DNA from: Terriglobales bacterium
GTDB taxonomy: Bacteria > Acidobacteriota > Terriglobia > Terriglobales > Acidobacteriaceae
Assembly: GCA_049512675.1 (NCBI GenBank)
Contig: JBEKWX010000003.1
Location: 1-42,762 of the forward strand
Length of the DNA: 42,762 nucleotides
Direction of reading: 5' to 3'
Part shown: positions 11,157 to 18,281 of the stretch, in pieces
Position numbering within the stretch: position 1 is the first letter of the stretch
How the letters are laid out: each line of letters starts with the position of its first letter
Translations under genes and position numbers: made by a program
Notes under the pieces: generated by a model
What the model saw: the letters and a program-made list of their open reading frames with translations, nothing else
What the model was told of the DNA's origin: nothing
The model's database searches: none

Positions 11157-12137
11157 CTACACGCGCGCGGCGCGCTCGGTTACCATCGACCGGACCGCAT
11201 TGGTGATTTTGTCTTCGTTTGGCAGGAGGTAGCTTTCGAGCGGCTCGCTGTAGGGGACTGGGGCGTCGAGAGCGGTCACCAGGACTATCGGCGCGCGTAA
11301 ATGCTCAAAACCCTTTTCCGCCACCTCGGCGGCGATCACCGCGGCAGCCGACGAATGGCGCGGAGCCTGATCGACCAGCATGAGCCTGCCTGTCTTCTTC
11401 ACTGACTTGATGATGGTGTCCACATCGAGAGGCGCCAGGGTTCGCGGATCGATCACTTCAGCGCTGATCCCTTCGCGCGCCAGTTGCTCGGCCGCAGCCA
11501 GCGATTTCTTGACCATCCACCCTGTGGCAACAATCGTAACGTCGCTGCCGGCGCGCTTGATGTCCGCGACACCGAAGGGCACGACGTACTCGCCCTCGGG
11601 CACGTCGCCGGTGTCGAGCGTCAGCATGTAGTGGTGGAGATACACGACAGGGTTGTTGTCGCGAATGGCCGCCGCCATGAGTCCCTTGGCATCGGCTGGC
11701 GTGGACGGAAGCGCCACTTTCAGCCCCGGAATTCCCATCATCGTGTGATAGAGGCAATTGGAGTGCTGCCCACCCCACCCGGCGGCGAATCCGTAGCCCG
11801 CCTTCAGCACCAGCGGAACCTTCACCTGCCCTCCGGACATGTATCGCAGGCGGGGAGCCTCGTTGAGCACCTGGTCCATGGCCACCAGCATGAACTCGCT
11901 CATCCAAAGCTCGACGATGGGACGCAATCCCGTAACGGCGGCGCCCACGGCGATGCCAATCTCGGCAGTTTCGGAAATCGGTGCAATGCGAACCCGGTTC
12001 TTGCCGAACGTCTTGAGCATGGGGTCACGGTCGGTCATGGCCATGTTCTGACCGTAAAAAACTACGTCCGCATCTCGCTGCATTTCTTCGACAATGGCGA
12101 CGGCCATCGCTTCTCCGTACATCATTTCCCTGGGCAT
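11157..12137 (-). CDS. TPP-dependent 2-oxoacid/acetoin dehydrogenase E1 component, beta subunit
   Basis: 'RVRIAPISETAEIGIAVGAAVTGLRPIVELWMSEF', 'GGQHSNCLYHTMMGIPGLKV', 'EVIDPRTLAPLD'. Start is 9 nt after the E1-alpha stop, with AGGAGG overlapping that stop. Confidence 0.85.
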   Translation of the reverse strand: MPREMMYGEAMAVAIVEEMQRDADVVFYGQNMAMTDRDPMLKTFGKNRVRIAPISETAEIGIAVGAAVTGLRPIVELWMSEFMLVAMDQVLNEAPRLRYMSGGQVKVPLVLKAGYGFAAGWGGQHSNCLYHTMMGIPGLKVALPSTPADAKGLMAAAIRDNNPVVYLHHYMLTLDTGDVPEGEYVVPFGVADIKRAGSDVTIVATGWMVKKSLAAAEQLAREGISAEVIDPRTLAPLDVDTIIKSVKKTGRLMLVDQAPRHSSAAAVIAAEVAEKGFEHLRAPIVLVTALDAPVPYSEPLESYLLPNEDKITNAVRSMVTERAARV

Positions 12138-12146
12138 TCCGACCTC

Positions 12147-13178
12147 CTATGCGTAGACGTAGTTGGTGGCCTCTTCGAGCGCGGGTTGTGGGCTGTCGAG
12201 TGCAAACTGGACTGCAGCATCCATTTCTGCGCGCGCTCTTTCCTCAATCCGCTGGAGTTCTCCCTCGGCGACGATGCCCTGGCTCAGTAACTGCGCACGG
12301 AAGCGCGGAATTGGATCCCTATCCTTGGCCGCCCGGTACTCCGCTTTGTTTCCGTACACTCCGATGGCTTCGTGTTCGGGAAATTGCGTAGGCACGGGAG
12401 GCACGGTGATGGCGTTGCCGTGCGCACTGAGCCGGTAAAACTTCGACTCAATAAGACTCGGGCCGCGTCCGACGCGGGCCCGTTCTGCGGCTTTAGCGAC
12501 TTCGTCGTAGACCAGCAGCGGATCCGTACCATCAACCGTCGAACCTGGGATACTGAACGCGGCCGCCTTCCTGGAAAGCGGCTCACCGGCTTGCGCATTG
12601 GCGTCTTCGAGGCTGACGTGGGTGTACGCCTGGTATTCGTTGTTCTCCAGTATGAACACGATGGGCAATTTCCAGACCGCTGCCAGGTTGAGGGTTTCGA
12701 AGAACGCTCCTTGTTTGCTCGCTCCGTCTCCGAAGAAGCAGTAGACGATCTGTCCGGTGTTCTTGACCTGAGCCGTCAAAGCGGCGCCGGCCGCATGGGC
12801 AATACTTTGACCGACGATGGCCGAAGTGCCGGGGAAGTAGTGTTCGGGATCGGCAAGATGCATAGAGCCGCCAAAACCCTTGCACAGCCCGTCTTTCCGG
12901 CCGTAGAGTTCAGCCATCATCTTCTTGGGTGACGTGCCGAGCACGATGGGCTGAGCGTGGCAACGATAGGTGGGCATCGCGAAGTCGGTGGCGTTGCGCG
13001 TGGCGAGCGCTCCAACAACCGAAGCTTCCGCGCCGTCGGCAAGATGGGTGTGGCCGCGCATGGCTCCGGGATGTTCGAGGAAAGTGCGCTTGACGTGCTC
13101 CTCGAATTCACGAATCCGCGTCATCTGGATGTAGATCCAGATCAACCGATCTTTGCCGAGGACGTTCTGGTTTGTCAT
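12147..13178 (-). CDS. TPP-dependent 2-oxoacid/acetoin dehydrogenase E1 component, alpha subunit
   Basis: TPP motif 'FFGDGASKQGAFFETLNLAAVWKLPIVFILENNEY'. ATG 13178 lies 4 nt after the lipoyl-domain stop and is preceded by AAGGAG. The ORF-track start at 13289 overlaps the upstream gene. Confidence 0.85.
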   Translation of the reverse strand: MTNQNVLGKDRLIWIYIQMTRIREFEEHVKRTFLEHPGAMRGHTHLADGAEASVVGALATRNATDFAMPTYRCHAQPIVLGTSPKKMMAELYGRKDGLCKGFGGSMHLADPEHYFPGTSAIVGQSIAHAAGAALTAQVKNTGQIVYCFFGDGASKQGAFFETLNLAAVWKLPIVFILENNEYQAYTHVSLEDANAQAGEPLSRKAAAFSIPGSTVDGTDPLLVYDEVAKAAERARVGRGPSLIESKFYRLSAHGNAITVPPVPTQFPEHEAIGVYGNKAEYRAAKDRDPIPRFRAQLLSQGIVAEGELQRIEERARAEMDAAVQFALDSPQPALEEATNYVYA

Positions 13179-13182
13179 CGCA

Positions 13183-13440
13183 TCACTCCTTTTCCGTAGG
13201 GACTGAGTCGCCCGGCTGGCCGATATGACATAAAGGTCCCCCCACCGGAACCTGGACACTTTCTCCGGCAACAATCTTGAGCAGCACACCCGCGATCGGA
13301 GACTCCAGTTCGTAACTCACCTTTTCCGTTTCTAACTCCACGACTGCCTCGCCAACGTGCACAGGATCTCCCTCGCTTTTTAGCCAGCGCAACACGCTGG
13401 CTTTCGTCGTGGGAATACCGCCCGTCTTTGGGACTTTCAA
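13183..13440 (-). CDS. Free-standing lipoyl (biotinyl/lipoyl-attachment) domain protein, 85 aa
   Basis: 'LKVPKTGGIPTTKASVLRWLKSEGDPVHVGEAVVELETEKVSYELESPIAGVLLKIV' fits the lipoyl-domain pattern (xPxxG...WxxxxGDxV...ExxKxxxExxxxxxG). No E2 catalytic core follows. The only start candidate is TTG at 13440. Confidence 0.7.
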   Translation of the reverse strand: MKVPKTGGIPTTKASVLRWLKSEGDPVHVGEAVVELETEKVSYELESPIAGVLLKIVAGESVQVPVGGPLCHIGQPGDSVPTEKE

Positions 13441-13494
13441 CGTCGTGAGAATGACAATGCCTCCGCCGTGGCCACTTCCAAGTCGCCGATTGCG

Positions 13495-15105
13495 TCAATG
13501 GACTTCGCGATCCACGGTTGCCCAATACTGTTTGCGCATTGCTTTGCGATCTAACTTCCCGGCTGGAGTCTTGGGAATTTCCGTGCGGAACTCCACCGAC
13601 TTGGGAGCCTTCACGGCGCCCAGCTTTGCCTTGCAGTGAGCGATGACCTCGGCCTCGGTGAGCGATTCGCCGTGCTTCAGGCCGTCCCTGAGAACGTCCC
13701 TGAGAACGACAAGAGCCTTGACCGCCTCTCCCCACTTGTCGTCGGGCACCCCGATGACGGCGCACTCCTGAACCTGCGGCAGCGCCATGATGGCCGCCTC
13801 GACCTCGGCGCAATAGACGTTAAAGCCGCCGCTGATAATCATGTCCTTCTTGCGATCCACGATGTAAACATATCCATCTTCGTCGATGTATCCGACATCG
13901 CCGGTGTGATGCCAGCCATGGCTGCGGATTTCGGCGGTGGCTTGCGGCAGGTTGTGGTAGCCGGCCGTGACGAGCGTGCCCCGGGCTACGATTTCTCCGG
14001 GCTGGTTTGGAGGAAGGATGCGGCCGGCTTCGTCCATGATGGCGAGGCGAACCGCCGCTGTCGGCCTCCCGCAACTGCGCAGACGTTCCGGATGATCGCC
14101 CGCTGCGGCCGCAGCCACGGTGCGCGCATCGAGAAAGGTGAGCAGCATGGGCGCTTCGGTCTGGCCATAGGACTGGCACATGCACGGGCCGAAGACTTCG
14201 ACCCCTTGCTTGAGTTTGTCAGGCGAGACGGGAGAACCCGCGAGCAGAAAAACGCGCAGACTGGAGTAATTGAACCTGCTCACGTCCGGATGGGCGAGCA
14301 GTGCGTAAAACGCGGTAGGAGGAAGGAAGAGATGCGTGACGCGATACTGCTCAATCGCCTGCGACACCTGCGCTGCATCGAACCCGGGCAAGACGATGTT
14401 CGTCCCGCCCAGAGCGAACATCGTAAAGGCAACGACGCCGGCGGCGTGTGAAAGCGGAGCAGTGCAGAGGCAGACAGGATCGGTGTCGTCGCTCTTCCAG
14501 TAGCGCGTCGCCATCTCGGTCATCGTGCCCCAGGCAAGGTTGGTGACGCGGACACCGCGCGCCGGGCCGGTCGTTCCGCCGGTGGGAACGAGGCCCATCA
14601 TCTGGTCGAGATTTCCCTGCGGATCGTTGCCGTGGGAATCAGCCCGGTCGAGATCATCGCTGCCTGCGTTTTCCCGTGCCATGAAGTTCGCGAGGGAAGG
14701 ATCCCCGCCGTCCGAAGAGTCGATACAAATCAGATGCCGCAGCGAGGGAACGCGTTTGCGAATCTCCTCGACTTGCTCCCGGAAGCGACTGTGATAGAAA
14801 AGCCACGCCGTCTCGGAGTAGTTCAGAAACTCCACGTTGGCGTCGGCGGCATTGCGAAAGTTGATGGGTACCCAGGCAGCTCCGGCGCGCAGGATGCCCA
14901 ACATGCAGAACAGAACCGCCGCATGATTGTGGGAGTAGATCGCTGCGCGCTGTTCCGGCTCGGCGCCGCGAGCCCACATTGCGCGGGCGATGCGCTCGCT
15001 GAAGGTGCGCGTTTCAGCGTAGGAATACCGAGCATCCCCGTCGAGGATCGCGATCCGGCCGGCGTGGAGAGAGGCGCTCTTGTCGAAATAGTTGATCGCT
15101 CGCAT
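13495..15105 (-). CDS. AMP-dependent (ANL superfamily) acyl-CoA synthetase/ligase
   Basis: 'MRAINYFDKSASLHAGRIAILDG...', core 'LVPTGGTTGPARGV', 'GWHHTGDVGYIDEDGYVYIVDRKKDMIISGGFNVY', C-terminal 'PKTPAGKLDRKAMR'. ATG 15105 was chosen because the sequence from it aligns with typical ANL N-termini. Confidence 0.85.
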   Translation of the reverse strand: MRAINYFDKSASLHAGRIAILDGDARYSYAETRTFSERIARAMWARGAEPEQRAAIYSHNHAAVLFCMLGILRAGAAWVPINFRNAADANVEFLNYSETAWLFYHSRFREQVEEIRKRVPSLRHLICIDSSDGGDPSLANFMARENAGSDDLDRADSHGNDPQGNLDQMMGLVPTGGTTGPARGVRVTNLAWGTMTEMATRYWKSDDTDPVCLCTAPLSHAAGVVAFTMFALGGTNIVLPGFDAAQVSQAIEQYRVTHLFLPPTAFYALLAHPDVSRFNYSSLRVFLLAGSPVSPDKLKQGVEVFGPCMCQSYGQTEAPMLLTFLDARTVAAAAAGDHPERLRSCGRPTAAVRLAIMDEAGRILPPNQPGEIVARGTLVTAGYHNLPQATAEIRSHGWHHTGDVGYIDEDGYVYIVDRKKDMIISGGFNVYCAEVEAAIMALPQVQECAVIGVPDDKWGEAVKALVVLRDVLRDGLKHGESLTEAEVIAHCKAKLGAVKAPKSVEFRTEIPKTPAGKLDRKAMRKQYWATVDREVH

Positions 15106-15132
15106 CGTTCGTATGAATGCCTGGCATCCAAC

Positions 15133-15258
15133 CGCCCCTAAAGGGGCGCCTGATTTCGTAGAATTCACGGTATCGCTAAAGCGATACCTGATACCTATCT
15201 CACCTCTTCCGATAGTCCGTAGAGACGCAGGGGGAGACGGGGCAAGCCCCGTCTCTAC
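15133..15258 (-). other. Three stem-loops in the 165-nt intra-operon spacer
   Basis: Plus-strand reading. (a) CGCCCC-TAAA-GGGGCG at 15133-15148. (b) GGTATCGC-TAAA-GCGATACC at 15169-15188. (c) GAGACGGGG-CAAG-CCCCGTCTC at 15234-15255, whose 3' arm can instead pair with GTAGAGACG at 15219-15227. Confidence 0.4.
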
Positions 15259-15270
15259 ACTGGCTCACAA

Positions 15271-16386
15271 CTACGACGACAGCTTCGCTTTGGAAAGACC
15301 ATGCGTTTCCAAAACACTGAGGATTTCACGATGGCCAAACGCTTGCGCCGCTGACGCGAAGCCCACCGTGCGCGGAGCGGCGTGAACCAGGTTGTGGGCC
15401 GCGAACGCCTGAATGAGCGCGGTTTGGCGGTAGCAGCACGTGCCAAACACCGCACACTGCACTGAGTCTGTGCTGCTACGGCCAACGATCACGTCAATCG
15501 TGCGATGCTCGCGCGGGTTTTCCCGAGGCGGTGTGCCACCCGTCACCGCATTCGCCATCTCACCGAGCCGTCGTTCCTGTTCGGCGGGGGGCAGGGGACG
15601 GATCTGCTCCTCGAACAACTTCTCCGTGGCCGCTACGCCTTCCATAATCTGCCGGTCGAGCAGTCCGCCAAACGAGCGCACGTTCGCTACCTGGGGATGA
15701 TCCTTGTACCAGACCGGATGGGGGAAACCTCCCCAAGCCAGGGCGAGCTGAGTTTGGATGCAGCCGGGTACGACGACGTCATAACGGGTAGCGCGGGGCC
15801 AGGGTTTGTACGTGTTCTGCTCGAGATAATAAGCGTCGGTTTGAATGACGGCGAAGATCGTCTGGGTTGAGCCGAAGGTCGGGTTGCCCTTGAACATGGT
15901 GAGCACTTCCAGCGTGTCAATGCCGCGGTTGCTCTCGAGGCACATCCGAATCGCGGCGTCGCTCGCCGCCGACATGAAGGCGGTGGCCGGAGCGGCGAGC
16001 AGACCGCGCTGGGCAAACTTGCAGCCCCACTTGTCCGACACTTCGCGCACCCACGCCTGTTCCCCGCCGATGTCCAGATAGTGGCACCCTGCATTCAGCG
16101 CAGCTTCGATCACCCGCGGGCCGTTGTAGATGAAAGGCCCGGCTGTATTGCAGACCACTTTCGCGCCGGCAAAAAGCTGCGTGAGTTCTTCGACCGAGCC
16201 CTTTGTCTCGACGATTTCATAGTTGGCGGTTTCGATGCCGGGCACGTGCTTCATCACGTCTTCAAGCCGGGTGTGGCTGCGCCCGGCGGCAATAAACGGC
16301 ACATTGTATTCGCGGAGAAATTCCGCTATCAAGCGGCCAGAAAAACCATTGGCGCCATAGACTACCACCGGCTTTTTGTCGCTCAT
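15271..16386 (-). CDS. Saccharopine-dehydrogenase-like NAD(P)-binding protein
   Basis: N-terminal Rossmann 'KPVVVYGANGFSGRLIAEFL', 'VVCNTAGPF'. 371 aa. First gene of the minus-strand operon. Confidence 0.8.
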   Translation of the reverse strand: MSDKKPVVVYGANGFSGRLIAEFLREYNVPFIAAGRSHTRLEDVMKHVPGIETANYEIVETKGSVEELTQLFAGAKVVCNTAGPFIYNGPRVIEAALNAGCHYLDIGGEQAWVREVSDKWGCKFAQRGLLAAPATAFMSAASDAAIRMCLESNRGIDTLEVLTMFKGNPTFGSTQTIFAVIQTDAYYLEQNTYKPWPRATRYDVVVPGCIQTQLALAWGGFPHPVWYKDHPQVANVRSFGGLLDRQIMEGVAATEKLFEEQIRPLPPAEQERRLGEMANAVTGGTPPRENPREHRTIDVIVGRSSTDSVQCAVFGTCCYRQTALIQAFAAHNLVHAAPRTVGFASAAQAFGHREILSVLETHGLSKAKLSS

Positions 16387-16420
16387 TCTGTGGCCTCGGG
16401 CTGGAATCGTCCCGACACTT

Positions 16421-16543
16421 GGTACCTGATGACAACTACTTCCAAGTCGACGCCGGATCAGGTATTCTTTCGGGACCGAGGGCTAATTCTAGGCAAAAGT
16501 AACTTTTTTGCTAGTAGGCACGTTTCGGTAACCTGATACCTGG
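16421..16543. promoter_or_regulatory. Candidate operator half-sites (TACCTGAT/ATCAGGTA) in the divergent hxlR / SDH-like promoter region
   Basis: GGTACCTGAT at 16421-16430. Its inverted copy ATCAGGTA at 16457-16464. AACCTGATACCTGG at 16530-16543, 15 nt before the HxlR ATG. The 11-mer ACCTGATACCT (16531-16541) recurs exactly at 15186-15196 in the next intergenic spacer. Confidence 0.35.
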
Positions 16544-16557
16544 TTGGGGGCTATCCG

Positions 16558-17010
16558 ATGGATCACTCCAATTGCCCTGTGAAGTTGACGGCTTCCATCA
16601 TTGGCGGGAAATGGAAACCCTCGCTCCTGTTCCATCTCGAAGGCCGAACCCGGCGGTTCTGCGAACTGCAAAGACTCATCCCCGGGCTGACCAAGAAGAT
16701 GCTGACCCAGCACCTGCGGGAATTGGAGCGCGACGGAATTGTGCACCGGAAAGTTTATGCCGAAGTGCCGCCGCGCGTGGAGTACTCGCTCACACGTCAT
16801 GGAGAAAGCCTGAAGCCGATTTTGAAGCTAATGTCGGCATGGGGAACCCGGCATCGGGCCCGATACGGTTTGACGACGACGCGCCCGCAAAAGCCTGAAC
16901 CGCCTTGCAACCCCGTAGAGACGATAGCGCCGGGCCCACCGGTGGATTCGCAGTTGCCGCGCCTGGTTGTCGCAGGCCAAGAAATCCGGGACAGCAAAGC
17001 ATCGTTATGA
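16558..17010 (+). CDS. HxlR-family winged-helix transcriptional regulator
   Basis: '[74 protein letters not shown]' is the canonical HxlR pattern. Confidence 0.85.
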   Translation: MDHSNCPVKLTASIIGGKWKPSLLFHLEGRTRRFCELQRLIPGLTKKMLTQHLRELERDGIVHRKVYAEVPPRVEYSLTRHGESLKPILKLMSAWGTRHRARYGLTTTRPQKPEPPCNPVETIAPGPPVDSQLPRLVVAGQEIRDSKASL

Positions 17011-18260
17011 GTTCTCGCCACAAAGCTCTGCTTTCGAGCTACGATGACGTCTTCCTGCTCGACGGTGTGCGCACTCCTTTCGTGGAGTACAACACGGCTC
17101 TTGGACTGGTGTCTCCCACCGACCTCGGGATCAAAGCGGCTCGAGAGGTCTTCCGGCGAAGCAGTGTGCCGCCGGCCGACGTGGACATCGTAGTCGCCGG
17201 GAACATGGCCCAGGCCTCCTTCGACGCTTATGTGCTGCCGCGGCACATCGGGCTCTACTCTGGCGTCCCAATCGAGGTGCCGGCACACCTGGTGCAGCGT
17301 GTCTGCGGTACCGGCGTCGAGGCCATTCTTCAAGCCGCCGACAATATCAAGCTGGCGAAAGCCGACCTGGCGCTCGTGGTCGGAGCCGAGTCCATGTCGC
17401 GCAACCCGATCGCTGCCTACACTCACCGCGGCGGATTCCGCATGGGCGAAGTGGAGTTCAAGGATTTCCTGTGGGAGGCCCTCCTCGATACCTGTCCGAA
17501 TGAAACCATGGGTGGAACCGCCGAGAAGTTGGCGAAACAGTATGGGATCACTCGCGGAGATGCAGACGAATTCGCCGCCGAGAGCTTCGCCCGGGCAATT
17601 GCGGCGCAAAAGAGCTGCTTCCTGAGCGGCGAAATAACGCCGCTGATGAGTGAAGTCTTCGAGCTTGCCGGCTATTCGCCGCGGGGAATCAGGCTGCCGC
17701 GCGGCGTCGAGAAGTTAGGTGAAGACACTCACATCCGGCCTTCGCCGCTGGAAGTTCTGTCCAAGCTCAAACCAGCATTTGGCGGAGTGCAGACCGGCGG
17801 GAACAGCTCGGGAATCGTGGACGGCGCGGCGGCGACGCTGGTGGCTTCGGGCGAGTACCTGAAGCAGCACAAGAAAGAACACTTGGCGCGAGTGGTGGCC
17901 GGGGCGGTGGTTGGCGTCCGCCCAGAGATCATGGGCATCGCGCCGGTGCCGGCAATTCGAGCGCTGCTGGATTTGGCTGGCCTGAGCCTGCAGCAAATCG
18001 ATCGTTTCGAAATCAACGAGGCCTTCGGCGCGCAGGTTCTCACCTGCCAGCGCGAGCTTGGCCTGGACCGCAGCAAGCTGAACGTCAACGGAGGCGCAAT
18101 CGCCATCGGGCATCCGCTCGGAGCCACTGGAGTCCGTCTGGCAATTACGGTGGCACGGGAGTTGAAGCGTTCGAACGCGCGCTACGGCGTCGCCTCGGCG
18201 TGCATCGGAGGTGGACAAGGCATCGCATTGCTGGTCGAGAACACCTTTGCGGTCAACTAG
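17007..18260 (+). CDS. Acetyl-CoA C-acyltransferase (thiolase)
   Basis: '[13 protein letters not shown]', active-site Cys region '[12 protein letters not shown]', '[17 protein letters not shown]', '[16 protein letters not shown]'. The ATG overlaps the HxlR stop (ATGA at 17007-17010). Confidence 0.85.
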   Translation: MSSRHKALLSSYDDVFLLDGVRTPFVEYNTALGLVSPTDLGIKAAREVFRRSSVPPADVDIVVAGNMAQASFDAYVLPRHIGLYSGVPIEVPAHLVQRVCGTGVEAILQAADNIKLAKADLALVVGAESMSRNPIAAYTHRGGFRMGEVEFKDFLWEALLDTCPNETMGGTAEKLAKQYGITRGDADEFAAESFARAIAAQKSCFLSGEITPLMSEVFELAGYSPRGIRLPRGVEKLGEDTHIRPSPLEVLSKLKPAFGGVQTGGNSSGIVDGAAATLVASGEYLKQHKKEHLARVVAGAVVGVRPEIMGIAPVPAIRALLDLAGLSLQQIDRFEINEAFGAQVLTCQRELGLDRSKLNVNGGAIAIGHPLGATGVRLAITVARELKRSNARYGVASACIGGGQGIALLVENTFAVN

Positions 18261-18281
18261 TACTGATTAGTAAGGAACCGC

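Noticed and set aside
13495-13497. Selenocysteine recoding of the in-frame TGA between the ANL and lipoyl ORFs
   Set aside because: No SECIS-like stem-loop lies immediately downstream on the coding strand; there is only the self-complementary GTGGCCAC. ANL enzymes have no known Sec at their C-terminus. Readthrough or an ancestral fusion remains possible and is reported separately.
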